NCBI RefSeq assembly: GCF_006345805.1 | Contig: NC_043002.1 | Location: forward strand, 102,486,001 to 102,550,000 | Length of the DNA: 64,000 bases | Direction of reading: 5' to 3' | Origin: Octopus sinensis | Lineage: Eukaryota | Part shown: positions 24,303 through 38,723 of the stretch, piece after piece | Layout: each line of letters begins with the position of its first letter | Numbering within the stretch: position 1 is the stretch's first letter | Made by a program: the position numbers and the translations under genes | The notes under the pieces: model-generated | Told to the model about the DNA's origin: nothing | Seen by the model: only the letters and a program-made list of their open reading frames with translations | Databases searched by the model: none

Positions 24303-25106
24303 CACACACACACACACACAACTCGTATGCAATTATACACGATTTTGTGATAAACAATTATATGTGTACACATAATATCTCGTGTGTACAAAACAAGGAC
24401 GCTTGCACATATTACCCTACTACAAGATCAACACGCGCTTAGACGTATATTGAATTCGTGTATAAGCCGAGAATATGAAATGCAAAAGTAACGAAAGGAG
24501 AAAAATTATTCTCAATGGAATATTCTGTATATTTTCTCAACTACGATAAACGAATATTGCAAAAAATGTATGATACATTACAGATCCTCTGCGACCGCTG
24601 ATGGAGTGAGAAGAGATGATATCGTATCATACACGCCAGACAAAAGATTACACACACACATACACACACGTACGCACACAGACATGCACATCCAAACACA
24701 CACACACACACACAACTCGTATGCAATTATACACGATTTTGTGATAAACAATTATATGTGTACACATAATATCTCGTGTGTACAAAACAAGGACGCTTGC
24801 ACATATTACCCTACTACAAGATCAACACGCGCTTAGACGTATATTGAATTCGTGTATAAGCCGAGAATATGAAATGCAAAAGTAACGAAAGGAGAAAAAT
24901 TATTCTCAATGGAATATTCTGTATATTTTCTCAACTACGATAAACGAATATTGCAAAAAATGTATGATACATTACAGATCCTCTGCGACCGCTGATGGAG
25001 TGAGAAGAGATGATATCGTATCATACACGCCAGACAAAAGATTACACACACACATACACACACGTACGCACACAGACATGCACATCCAAACACACACACA
25101 CACACA
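24303..25106. repeat. Apparently exact 394-bp tandem duplication bounded by (CA)n
   Basis: actcgtatgc starts at 24321 and at 24715. No differences seen by eye, and (CA)n lies at all three junctions. Confidence 0.92.
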
Positions 25107-26202
25107 TAAGACACCATAAATATCACTTGTAATGCTTCCCAGAGAGAGCGTGTGAAGCGTATTTAGAGGTTGGTTTTTAGTCATTCACAACGCTACCCCA
25201 CCCCACCACACTATCATTTGTGTTCCACATAATTATATAGAATTTTATCCCCTGTCACTATTTTCAAAAAGCATCGTTTCCGTTACTGTTTTAAAACGAA
25301 TCGTGGATGGAAATAAGTTGGTGGTGGTAAGCTTCATTCAATGTATATGAGATGTAGGGAATACGACCGTACGTAAGGAGTTGGTGACGAATGTCTCCTT
25401 TTGACCGCCGCACGGTCGCCCCTAACAAAATATATGGCCAATTACATAATATAAAATAGAATGCCAAAAGGAATAATGAGGACGACAACCGTTCTACTGT
25501 TTGAGGGAAGGAAGACTAGGCACAAACAAGGCATAAGAAAAACAGTGTCACGAGACCTTATCGAAGGCCCTGATTGGTTGGCTTACACACTGGCGCAACA
25601 TAAGTCCAAAGACAAACTGCGCCAAATGCCATCCAATCAGAGCAGTGGACACAACAGAGTCAAATTAGCCAAAGATGGTTGTTATCTACCACGAGATTGT
25701 TTCTAATATATCTCTCAAAAAGTGAGGATGTCAGCTACGCTACGCAGACAAATTCTTACACTTTTTCATTGGCAAACACATTCCGTAACAGCCTCCTCGA
25801 CACACTAAGCAGCGTATTTTTCATACAAGTTGCCACAGATTTCCTGCAATTCTTTGTTCCTTTTTTTGGATGTGGGGGGCGGGATAAAAGATCATGAGAT
25901 GTAGGTATTCTTCGTGGGATGAATCCAAGCACACAATGTACACTATCTCGCCGCAAGTCCGTGTCGGACTATGAGGCTCAAATATCTGACGAGTGCGCAT
26001 GAGCAGTCGAGCAACAGGGGTAGTTACTTCTTAGAGTGCTTCTATTTATGCATTGTGTGTGCGTGTGTGTATATAACGATAAATAAATAAATATATATAT
26101 ATATATACATACATATACACACACATACACACACACATATATATATATATTTAACATACATACACATAAGTAAAACTGAATGCACCTATATATATATATA
26201 TA

Positions 26203-26233
<31 letters not shown>

Positions 26234-27974
26234 GTATGTATATATATACATGCATACACACACACACACACATATATATGTATATATACACACACAAACA
26301 TATATATGTAGGTTTGTTCAGTTTTACTTATGTGCATGTATGTTAATATATATATACAGTTCAAATTATGCGTGTGTGTATGTGTGTGAGTGTTTGTGTG
26401 TGTATACAAATACACAATGCATACATACATTCATTCATGCTTATCCGCATCCAACCATACATACATACAAACCATGTGTATTATACTTTACTAATGTTTC
26501 GTGTGTCCGTACATACGCATGTTTTCTGTGACTTTCTCAATTCCATATTTGCAAGGTTAAACGATTCTTTCGATCCATTGAGTCAAGTATTTTAGTACCA
26601 TTTTATTGATTGTTTATATACATTTGGATTCTGTACAGCTTCCTGCCTATTTAGAAATCATTCTCCTGAATTCGATGAGAATTTAGCCGATACAACACAT
26701 GACTGCATTTATTTATTGCATACAAGCGCTACTTATTTTATTGTATATAAATGCTACTTACTTTATTCCAGCCAGCGTCAGGCCGGAAGTGGACTTCGTT
26801 TTGTGCCTTAGAAAATGGATATGAATAATACAACACGATCAATTAAATCGATTAAAATCCCTGATTCTATACAAAATTATTTGAATGTTATTCAGAATAA
26901 TCAATGACTCTCTGCTTTATGCTCTCAAAGAACATATTATATTACCTGGATTATTGCTGCCTTCAGGCCTTCCCTGTCGATTAAATCATCCGTACAGGTA
27001 ATATTTTCCCCCAGTTTCTCTGCAACAGAGACGGGAAGGAGGAGGTACTGTCGATCATTACACAAGTCTTTCTATGCTGCAGACAACCTGCATCAACCCC
27101 AGTAATTTACTGGTACTTATTTTATCGATTCTTACAAGATGAAATGCAAAACTGGTTTAGGTGGTGATTTAACTCTAAATGTAATGAGTCGGACGACATG
27201 GCGCTCAATATTTTGCTCCATCCCCGAAGGATTCTGTCAGCTCGCTGTGATAAATCGATACAGAGGTGGTCTTTTCTTCAACCATGGAACGGGGCGCAAA
27301 TAGATTTCCTCTCGATCGCTTTCAACGGCGTGTACTTCATTAAATGCGTGGAATAACCAGAGAAAGATCTTAAAGAGGCAAAGAGGATTTGGTATATGAT
27401 GCTAAGATTTATACACAGAAAATAATGACTGAGGTGTCGATGGCATCGTAACTATTGCATATGGTTGCGTGTGTGATATGATCGGAATTTTGATCATAAA
27501 TTCATCCTATAACATACTAAAATAGGAACAGCGTACACCACGTATATCTGAACCGCTACAACAACGTTACCTGCTTTTCTGAACTAGATAGTAAACAATT
27601 GCTGCAGGCTTTGTATTAGGTAATTATAGTGAAACCGAAGGAAGCATAATCCTATACAAAAACTATCGAACAGAGCAGCAGTGTCTCTCTTGTTGCTTGA
27701 TCTTACACAACTTATATTTGTGTCTCCAACAAACCGAACTTTACAGTATCACAAATATAAATCAATAATCAGGGCATGAACAAAAAGGCCTTCATCAAAT
27801 ATTTATTTAGGCAAACTTTCTTTACAGTGAATCAACAGCTACATCAGCCTAGTGTAAATATATGTGTCCCTATCTTCATCTCTACTGCCTTCTGCATATG
27901 ATAATCTGTTTAACATCATAAATTTGATTCTCACCTTTCAAATCATCTAGATTATTTGTTTTCACACACATATA

Positions 27975-28405
27975 GGCGCAGGAGTGGCTGTGTGGTAAGT
28001 AGCTTGCTAACCAACCACATGGTTCCGGGTTCAGTCCCACTGCGTGGCATCTTGGGCGAGTGTCTTCTGCTATAGCCCCGGGCCGATCACAATGCCTTGT
28101 GAGTGGATTTGGTAGACGGAAACTGAAAGAAGCCTGTCGTATATATGTATATATACATATGTATGTGTGTGTATGTGTTTGTGTGTCTGTGTTTGTCCCC
28201 CCTAGCATTGCTTGACAGCCGATGCTGGTGTGTTTACGTCCCCGTCACTTATCGGTTCGGCAAAAGAGACCGATAGAATAAGTACTGGGCTTACAAAAGA
28301 ATAAGTCCCGGGGTCGATTTGCTCGACTAAAGGCGGTGCTCCAGCATGGCCGCAGTCAAATGACTGAAACAAGTAAAAAAAAAAAATGAAAGAAAAAGAA
28401 AAAGA
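27975..28405 (+). mobile_element. SINE-A, full length
   Basis: ggcgcaggagtggctgtgtggtaag through gtcaaatgactgaaacaagta plus an A-rich tail; near-identical to the other copies. Confidence 0.93.
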
Positions 28406-29164
28406 GTATATATACCCACACACCGCTTATATTCTTATTCCAGCAATTATACATCGACTATCTTGTTGGCCACAGCGTTGTTGGCAGATCTAGATATTTC
28501 ATGGCTGCTCGCACTCAAACTCTCAATAACGTTGAATCATTACAAGAGTATTTCCACTACAGAGACATATTCTTATCGTTCTTCAGCTCGAGATGATTAA
28601 TTTATTGTCTGTTTGAGTTTTGCTTCTTTCTTTTCATTGCTGATATTATTGTTGCGCTCATGCCGCTCTAATTCGATTCTAATCGTGTAAATCTATGACA
28701 AAAGTGTTCTAACGTTTAATGTTTTGTTTTTAAATACATGTCTATATTGTCTATCGAGTGATATATATTTAAAACTTCAGACACTGATTTTATGCAACTT
28801 TCGCAGCTACTTGTAACAAACAGATCAAGTTACCGAATATAGAAACCATTGTCAGCATAATTTTTAATAATACTATTATTTCTCTCTAGGAAATCCACCT
28901 ACACTACTTTGCCAAAAGAGCGGCAATTTACGAAGCAACGTTTAATGATCTCTGAAGCTGATTCATTAATATGGAAATAATCTGCGAATATTTCAGACAA
29001 GCTTTTGAAAAATTGTATGAGTTGGTTTATATCTCACGTTCACAACATCAACCATATATCTGGTGGAAACTAAAGAATATCTTTGGGTGTTAGTCTGCTA
29101 GATCTTTGCATCTGTGGGGGCGAGACAACAATCACAACTTACATCTGGTCTGTCGATCATGATA

Positions 29165-29526
29165 CTCTTTTACTCTCTTTTTACTCTTTTACTCTTTTAC
29201 TTGTTTCAGTCATTTGACTGCGGCCATGCTGGAGCACCGCCTTTAGTTGAGTAAATTGACACCAGGACTTATTCTTTGTAAGCCTAGTACTTATTCTATC
29301 GGTCACTTTTGCCAAACCGTTAAGTTACTTGGATCGAAACACACCACCATATATATATATATACATATATACCACGGGCTTCTTTCAGTTTCCGTCTACC
29401 AAATCCACTCACAAGGCTTTGGTCGGCCCGAGGCTAAAGTAGAAGACACTTGCCCAAGGTGCCATACAATGGGACTGAACCTGGAACTATGTTGTTGGTA
29501 AGCCAGCTACTTACCACTCCTGCGCA
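29165..29526 (-). mobile_element. SINE-A with internal deletions
   Basis: Reverse-complement match to the head and 3' module. The tail is a short (ctcttttta)n repeat and the central module is shortened. Confidence 0.88.
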
Positions 29527-29640
29527 CGATATATGTTTTCTGTGTAGTTCTGTCACTGAAATGGTAGAAGTTTGAAGTTCGTCGATACAATCAAAAAGAA
29601 AACAATACATGATATTGAAAAAAAAAACAAAAAAACAAAT

Positions 29641-30035
29641 CAGGAGTGGCTGTGTGGTAAGTAGCTTGCTTACCAACCACATGGTTCCGGGTTCAGTCCT
29701 ACTGCGTGGCACCTTGGACAAGTGTCTTCTACTATAGCCTCGGGCCGATCAAAGCCTTGTGAGTGGATTTGGTAGACGGAAACTGAAAGGAGCCTATCGT
29801 ATATATGTATTTATATGTGTGTGTGTGTGTGTGTGTCTGTGTTTGTCCCCCCCCAACATCGCTTGATAACCGATGTGTTTACATCCCCGTAACTTAGCGG
29901 TTCGGCAAAAGAGACCGATAGAATAAGTACTAGGCTTACAAAGAATAAATTCTGGGGTCGATGTTCTCGACTAAAGGCGGTGCTCCAGCATGACCGCAGT
30001 CAAATGACTGAAACAAGTAAAAGAGTTAAAGAGTA
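29641..30035 (+). mobile_element. SINE-A, near full length
   Basis: caggagtggctgtgtggtaag through gactgaaacaagtaaaagag. Confidence 0.92.
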
Positions 30036-32400
30036 ATACGTGGTTTACTAAGAATCGCAGCTGGTTAAAGGGAGATAATCATTTCATGACACGATAAAGC
30101 AGGATTTTAGCTTATTATTTGCAAGTTAGCAATCCATTTTACCTATGAATTGATTCAGACATTACAGGCAGAAATGAATTCCAAGGCATTACATTTGGTA
30201 TCCTGAAAATGTTCTTCATCATTAATAATATGGTTAGGTTGTAGTCATTGCTGATGAAAATCTCCTCATGTACACAGGGTGTTCATGCATCAACTCACTT
30301 TGTCATCATCTCTTCTGTTTTGTAAAGAACATTACAAAGTGTAAGTTACGGTGGACGGTTAACAATTGAAAATGAATAACTAGCATTAAAACACCTCCAC
30401 TCAGGATTGTGGAGGATATCTGACACTCTCAACAACCAATTTTGGAATGAAGTTGTAAGCGACCGAAGGTTCCTCTCACGTGATTCTAAATCATAACAAG
30501 CGTGGCAAGAATGATTCTTTGAATTTCGATTAAATTTGTGAGAGAGGGAAGTGGAAAAGAGGCAAAGAGAAGGGATCGTTTTATTAATAATGCAGCAGAA
30601 ACAGATGAAAGGCAGAGCACGCGTGGAGGGGATTTAAAGTCAGTGTGTAAAGATAAAATATATGAAATACAACGCCTGATTCTTGCACATGCGCTGACGA
30701 TGGTGTGCTTTCAAATGAGTCAAACATATGAATCCTTGTGAAGCCGTTCAAGCAATGAATAACTTTTAAATAAGTTCTAACTGTGAATATCTTTCGTTTT
30801 AAAACACATTCACAAGTGACCGTCACAATTTTTGAAGCCCAAATCTCTCATTTAACACCAAACCTAATTTCCAATATTCAGATTGGATAATGTAATTCAG
30901 TGTGTACTGCCTGAAAACGCGAAATAAAAATGGAATATTCATGGATGGAATACCTCTGAGCTCTAGTCTACAAGAAGTAGCAGCACAGCCAGCATGTATG
31001 CAGATATGTGTGAGAGTATATAGCTCGTGCCTGATGTGATAGAAGTTGCAGTTTCGTTGTTAAGATCAATACAAAAACTGAAAAATACACCTGGTTCCGT
31101 ACCAACTGGAGCTATAACATGGAAGACAATCAATTCTTTACAATACGGAGCAGGTTTATTTTACTACGGAAGTAAAATGAAGGATTACATGGAAATGTTG
31201 CATTCACATATTTATTTATTCTATTCTTTTTTCTAATTAATATGAAGTTCTTTATTTCAATTTTCTAATCGTCAGTAATCCTTTTTGCCTTATTTCATTC
31301 GTGTTACAAGTCATTCGTAAACAATGTTTTACTTAAGACCCTTTTGTTCTACACAGTGCTTTTGTGATTCCGATAATCCGCCGCGTTTTCAGGAACAGTG
31401 TATTGTACGGATCGTAAGACTTGAATTGCAATTATAATGAAATTGTTCTCATCCAGTCAGATAATTTACATGGTGGTGCACCATTTCATTTACTTGTTTA
31501 CTTTAAAGGCTGTTTCTAGACGCCCAGGTCAATGGCCTTTATAAACAGTGTGACAATAACGTTGTTTTTATTCATATCAGTGCACAGATATAACATGTTG
31601 ATTGCCCGAATAATTTGACATATATACACACACGTATATTAATAGTAGATAAACGCATGCACATATACGGTAACACATAGAAACATTCAGGAATACAAGG
31701 TATACAAGCTGACATACGAAAGAAAGAATAGGTGAGCTGGTGGTTAATAATTGCGAGTATTTATCGGTGAGGCGTGTATGCGTGTATGCGCGTATGTTAT
31801 GTATGTTACACACGCTTGTACCAGTGTGTGAATATATTCATATACCTAATCCTATATACATAACCATGCGCATATCATATTCGTCTATATGCATGGAAAA
31901 AATACATTCTATATATTAATACGGGTCACACACACACACACACACATACACATACTGAGAGGTTAAACGCCACCTGTAACATGTGTTCTGTAGGAACACA
32001 TGATACTGCTATTTTAAACCACAGAAGGTCACCTTCAAGTGTTGTGCAGTGCACTCTTTGTTCGATATATATATCGCAAACGGGGAGAGCACCCCATCTA
32101 TTTTAGTCCCGAAACCACCAGAATCTATGGTTTCGGTTCCTGTACAGTCATCTTCACTAGACATAACAGTACTCCGCTTCAGCTCACAACTAACTGGGGA
32201 AGAAAATGTCCATAAGAAGTGAAAAGCAGTATTTCTACTGGGAAGGAGCGTTTAACGCCCCCTAAACACTAGTGTTCCCAAGGGCCCCACAGTCGTGCTG
32301 TGTTTACTCCAGTAGGACACCTTCTCCAGCTGGTTGAGTACACTCTGCACTCGATATATATTGCAAGCGGCGAGAGAACTCGTCTTCCATTTTAGCATGT

Positions 32401-32453
<53 letters not shown>

Positions 32454-32507
32454 GTGTGTGTGCGTGTGCGTGTGTGCGTGTGCGTGTGTGCATGTGTGTG
32501 TGTGTGT

Positions 32508-32820
32508 GGATGCGCAATGACCCAGTGGTTAGGGCAGTGGACTCGCTGTCGAAGGATCGCGGTTTCGATTCCCAGACCGGGCGTTGTGAGTGTTTATTGA
32601 GCGAAAACCCCTAAAAGCTCCACGAGCCTCCGGCGTGGGGGGGGGCGAACCCTCCTGTATTCTTTCGCCGCAACTTTCTCTCACTCTTTCTTCTGTTGGC
32701 CTGCTCGCTTAGCCAGCGGGTAGGCGTCATTTGAAGACTAAAACGATGCTAAGCGCATTGTGACCAGCGATGTGTAGCAACATCTGATTACCTGGTCGGT
32801 CACGGTGATCACGGTGATAT
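32508..32820 (+). mobile_element. SINE-C, a third tRNA-derived SINE family
   Basis: A-box-like tgacccagtggttagg and B-box-like ggtttcgattccc with tRNA-like spacing. The ~250-bp non-tRNA body ends in a cacggtgat repeat and (TA)n. Single copy in the window. Confidence 0.7.
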
Positions 32821-32821
32821 A

Positions 32822-32885
<64 letters not shown>

Positions 32886-33192
32886 TAAAAACGGTAAGAT
32901 AACAAAAGAAAGAAAGACCTCAATATTATGTAAATGTGAGCATATGTTTAGGCATTCTTACGTGTTTGCTATGAACTTTTAACCTTATTTTAATTAGTGG
33001 TCATTAGATTAGCGCTTTTATATAAGTAGCGGAATTATAACACAGTAATTTCCCTTTGTATAACGGTCTTTATCATAGCGTTTTTCAGATGGCCAGATAA
33101 CCGAAGAGATGGTGTTGTGGATTTCCACCTCGGCATCCGAAACTCAGAGTTTTATCTGGGCTATTGAATAATTGTCACATATTATTTTACAG

Positions 33193-33271
<79 letters not shown>

Positions 33272-34251
33272 CTGGTTGTATACCTCATCGCTCCACCACA
33301 GTACATATCTCTATGAGATATTTAGGAATTTGATATTTCTGATATATATATATATATAGATATATATATATATATATAATATATATATATATTTCATGAA
33401 TATGTACATTTAACGTGTGCAAACAAAATGAACCAACTACAGAACTCTCGTACGACCAACTCGTTAATTATTGTCAGTGATCAAGAGTGTTTGGCTTCTA
33501 CTGAGAGAGGGCGAGCGGGGAAGAGTGAGGGAGGGCAGAGATACAAACTTAAACGTATCTCGTATTTACAGATCGTATTGCAAGCGGCTGCCATTTTTGA
33601 TGATAATGATTTGAACTTTGAAAAAACTGTGATAACTATTCAGGTGTTATCAAACGTTTGGCTTGTTGCACGCCCTCTCTCCTCATAAAGTATTTGTGCA
33701 GACAACTGAATTTCAAGAACTCCATTCCCTTCGAGATGTACTTGGAAGAATTTTAATATTCAGATGCATCGTTCACAGGCTGCAAAATGTCAATATGAAG
33801 TGCTCTGGAAGAAATAAACAAACGATTAAATACATCGTGGGTGGAGGCCATGAGACTATAACATCAATGGTTGTTATTGTTATATTTTCATTATTTCAGA
33901 GAAGTAGCTCTAAGATTTAGAGGTCTTCACTGTGGCTTTCAAATTTTAATGTATGACATAACCCAATAAAAATGGTTCCATTTAAATTCCAAAATACTTT
34001 TCTCCGTTAACAGAGTCTTTATTGTTTCTTGTATATAGAAAAAAAATTAATTTTTAGTAAATTTATATCTTAAGATGATGATATTACAACAAATGGATGG
34101 AAACGTGTTCGTCTTTTGGTACAGTCCGTTGTATTATACGTGTTTTCAATAAAATTATCAATTTTAACACAAGCAGTATGCTTAGAAAAATTATATACAC
34201 TTATACATACGCAAATGCATGCCCACACACATACATATACAAAAATACATG

Positions 34252-34296
<45 letters not shown>

Positions 34297-34349
34297 ACAT
34301 ATAAATATATGTATATTATATTATATATATTATAAATATATATATATGA

Positions 34350-34403
<54 letters not shown>

Positions 34404-35134
34404 TATACATATATACATCAGGACACAAGTTATGGAGGTATTGGTGTTGAAATTTCACAGGGGGTGTTTTCCACACTTTAAGCCCCGTAATCGCAACGGA
34501 AAAAAAATTTTATGTAGCTCATCATCTTACTCGTAAAATTTTACATGAGAACACATTCTAAGTTTTTATGTATCTTCTATTCCCTTTCGTCCTATGGATG
34601 TGCAGACACACAGACGTTGAGCTTTATTATATAGACGATGTATGTGTGTGAGAGAGAGAGAGACAGAGAGAGACAGACAGAGACAGAGACAGGCAGACAG
34701 ACATACAGAGAGAATGTATGTATTTATATAATTGAGTGTGCGCGGGTGTGGCTGTTTGCACAATTTCCACTTTTGTAAGTCAAATCCACTCACAAGATCC
34801 GGGGGTATAGTAAAAAAAACTTGCTCATTGCGTCGCATACTTGGGCAAAACCCGAAAGTACATGAATTTAGAGCGAACTTATTAACCGGACAAACATGTC
34901 GGCGCCTATTTACGCGTAATCATGTAAAATGAATGTTATAATCAAACGGAGTCAACATTTACTATCTTGTTTCCCTTCCTGCATTATTTCTCTTGTTAGT
35001 CCTAAATTTGTATCAGCGTAGTTTCACATTTACACACAGATTCTTAAACACAGTTTACATGTATAAAATTTGTAATGTGCAAATATATTCTGCTTTCAAA
35101 TTTTCATACAAAAATAAACGACTTTGTCTTGTGG

Positions 35135-35302
35135 TTAAGTCGATTACATCGACCCCTGTGCTCAGGCGGTTCTTATTTCATCGACCCCGAAAAGATGAGT
35201 AAAGTTGACCTAGGCGGAATTTGAACTCAGAACGTAGCGACAGGCGAAATGCCGCTACACACTCTGCCCGGAATGCTAACAAATCTGCCAGATCGCTACC
35301 TT
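35135..35302 (-). mobile_element. SINE-B, diverged
   Basis: aagtcgattacatcgacccc..tcgaccccgaaaagatg..ggcggaatttgaactcagaacgta..tctgccagatcgctacctt. Confidence 0.8.
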
Positions 35303-35477
35303 TATATGTAAAATATATATATATATTACCAGGTGGTGCTATTAAGTTAGACATGGCCTGGGCCAATAATGGCCGAAACCTATCAAAGTATCAAAGTATA
35401 TAATTATATATATACAATTTTAGAAAATAAGAAATAAGTAGAAATTTTACCGGTGAGTGTGTTAAATAATAAGGCAC

Positions 35478-35585
35478 TAAAAGGCAAAGTCGACCTCGTC
35501 GAAATTTGAACTCACAACGTACTGACGGGCGAAATGCCACTCCATATTCTGCCCGGAATGGTGCCTACTCTGCCATATCACTACT
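35478..35585 (-). mobile_element. SINE-B 5' fragment
   Basis: aaaggcaaagtcgacctcgtcgaaatttgaactcacaacgta matches the reverse complement of the SINE-B head. Confidence 0.7.
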
Positions 35586-35611
35586 TTTATGTGTGTGTGT
35601 GTGTGTGCGTG

Positions 35612-35707
<96 letters not shown>

Positions 35708-37928
35708 ATATATGTATGTATATATATTCTAATATATCAATAAAGGAGTTTAAATCCGTATGCCAATACACATACATATAGTGAAATACATGACTATGTG
35801 TGTGTGTGTGTTTTCTATGGCCTGTTTATGTATATTTGCTTGTGTCTGTGTGTATAAATGTCTTATCCGTTTATCGATCTGTTTATCTATTTTCCCTGTT
35901 TTCTCATCTTTTTTGCTATTTTCCCTTTCCTTTTCCCAATCCCACACCCCATTACCAAGCCACACCATTTCTCTAAAAGCCTACACACTCACCATTATCT
36001 CCTTCTCTTTTTCTCCTCTTCATTTTGATTTTTTTTTTTTTACTTTCTTTTCTTTCTTCTCTCTTCTTCTCTATCTCTGTCATATTTTATTTCTATTTTC
36101 GGTCTGATTTTACGTCTAATTTCTCTTATTCCTGTCTTTTAATCTGATATTACCTCACGACTGTTTCATTGCAATTTCTGTTGGTGGTAGCTGTTTGAGC
36201 TGGAGTTGATTATTGCTATAGCTCAATATCGTTTCGTGTGACAAGCCTAGCTTTGGCACATCCTTCTCTATTTCCTTCATTTTTATACTCCATCTTGACT
36301 CATGCCGTGACAGATTTTGGCCTCTGATCAGTGGGCATTTCGTTAGCTTCCCACATGGCTACAGAACGAAACGACGATTGATGTGGCAAACATTTGGACT
36401 ATATCACGTCATACAGATTCGGCTGTCAGCTCAAAGTGGCAATTACACCGTTAGATGTATTAGTAGGTGTATTTATGTCCAAAATAAACTCTCTAAAATA
36501 ACAGCATCGATGTATTAGCCAAAGTGTTTGTGTGCTGCCCTTTGTAATTATCTTCCTTCCAGCATCTCCCCAGCAAACCTCTTCACTCCACACCATTCCA
36601 TCATTTCCAGGAATGTTATTGCAAAACTGTCTGTGTAGTCATGGTTCAAAATGATGGCAGGGAAGTGAAACAAAATAAGAGGTGACTGCTGCTGTATGTG
36701 TTAATTTGATTTACGCCGTTTATTCTGTTTCATCTGCATCATCGTTCTCTAACAGTTGCTATGTTTGGGCGAAGGTAAAACGTAAGAAATGAAATCAGAA
36801 TTCTCTTTACATGATTTATGAGGACGCACTGAGAATTATATTTTTTTTCTAGCGTAAAAGATGAAAAAATAAATGTTATTCTGACATTGCAATGCCACAA
36901 TATATTTTTAGCTTGACATATATTAATGCAACAAATAGATATATTGATTGTGTAGATGCCTTTAGCAAATATATTAATATAAATATAGTTTAGAGATTTA
37001 TTAAGTATTGGGTTTATAACCGAACGCTTTGGATTAGTTATACGCGAATAAATACTAAATATCTTTCACACATATGAAGGCAAATATGTGTGTGCGTGTA
37101 TGTGGTTATGTATTTAGATGTTTAGGTATGTTTATATATATCTATATATATGTATATATGTACGCGTGTTTGTGTGTATGTGCGTGTGTGTCTCTCTCAC
37201 TCTATATATGTTATACATGGTAGTTGAAGGGAGAGCGCTTTGAATGCTCAGAAGCAGCTTTGATATAATAGTAGTGTTCAGAGTGTAAAACCAACAAGGA
37301 GAAGAAAGAGAATGGAACTCTTTCCTTAGCGTTTGTTTGGATAAATATATTAATATGAAATTATATAGAGTAAATATTCCATCTAAATTATGGCTGTGAT
37401 TAGACCGAAGTATCTTGGCAGTTAAAGAAGCTATATTCACGCCTGACTGACCAATTATACGAAGTTATATTAGAGATTTCACAGTGGGGAAAAAGAAATG
37501 CCGGGGGAGACTAACAGAGCTGGGGAGAAAAGAAACATCAGGAAAGAAACACCGAAAATATCTACAATAATAGAAGGATGAGAAAATACAAGAATTGTGG
37601 GGTAAGAGACTACGATAAAGACACGTAAGTAACACAATATTCACTGTGATTTAGATATATTTACGAAGTACATTTAGGAAGTAATCAAGCATTAAATCAA
37701 ATGGAAGGAAGCTTGTTTCGGTCACTGCATCTCTACATTACGAAACATCCAGGTTTTAGCAGAAGAGATATATTTTAAGAGATGTTACTGCCAGGCGCCA
37801 TCTTGGTCTTTACCGGAATATATCTGCTCCATTTTTTTTTCTACACTAGACATTCGTGTCCCATACTCTACAACTTTTCCGATAAACTGAAAATATATTC
37901 GGATGTGTAATATTTTGCTACCGACAGT

Positions 37929-37955
37929 GTGGTGGTAGTAGTAGTAGTCGTCGTT

Positions 37956-38004
<49 letters not shown>

Positions 38005-38208
38005 CAGCAGCAGCAGCGGCGGCAGCGGTATTGATAGTAGTACTAGTAACGGCGGCAGCAGTATTGATAGTAGTAGTAGTAGTAGTAGTAGTAGTATCAG
38101 CGGCAGCTGTAGTGATAGTAGTAGTAGTAGTAGTATCAGTGGCAGCGGTAGTAGCAGCGGTAGTGATAGTAGTAGTATTTGTAGTAGTAGTAGTAGCAGC
38201 GGTATTGA

Positions 38209-38253
<45 letters not shown>

Positions 38254-38270
38254 CAGCAGCTGCTGTAGTA
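37929..38270. repeat. Compound (GTA)n/(GCA)n array with recurring gcagcggtattgatagta motif
   Basis: Directly visible; the motif recurs about five times. Confidence 0.9.
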
Positions 38271-38501
38271 TTTCATCTTTTATTAAGCAACCATGTTTAG
38301 CAAAGCTGTTCCGCCCAAGACAATTTATAGGTTTCGCCTGTCTTCCATTTTAGATCGAGTGACGACGCATCGATGTCCTTATTCGGTGTCTTTTTTGGTG
38401 ATTATAACTTTAGTATACAATGAGTTTCCCTGTGAAATTCGTTTTCTTGTGGACTTTAAAACCTTTCATGTTGATTTGAAGATATCTGGCATACTTGTAT
38501 T

Positions 38502-38723
38502 TATTTCTTTACTACACACAAAGGGCTAAACACAGAGGGGACAAACAAGGACAGACAAAGGGATTAGTCGATTATATCGACCCCAGTGCGTAACTGGCAC
38601 TTAATTTATCGACCCCGAGAGTATGAAAGGCAAAGTCGACCTCGGCGGAATTTGAACTCGGAACGGAACGACAGACGAAATACGGCTACGCGTTTAGCCC
38701 GGCGTGCTAACGTTTCTGCCAGC
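38502..38723 (-). mobile_element. SINE-B with perfect 17-bp TSD
   Basis: TSD tctggcatacttgtatt at 38485-38501 and 38724-38740. The element lacks the first ~9 nt of the head. Confidence 0.95.

Noticed and set aside
25290-25960. GC-richer block with an RAFDKVS peptide (minus strand) and two CCAAT-like boxes
   Set aside because: One short RT-like motif with an immediate stop and no neighbouring RT motifs; promoter motifs alone are uninformative.
32508-32585. tRNA gene
   Set aside because: A and B boxes are present, but I could not form a full cloverleaf and the sequence continues into a SINE-like body.
37929-38270. Mucin-like poly-Thr (minus) or poly-Val/Ala (plus) reading
   Set aside because: It is a trinucleotide array without credible splice sites or start context.
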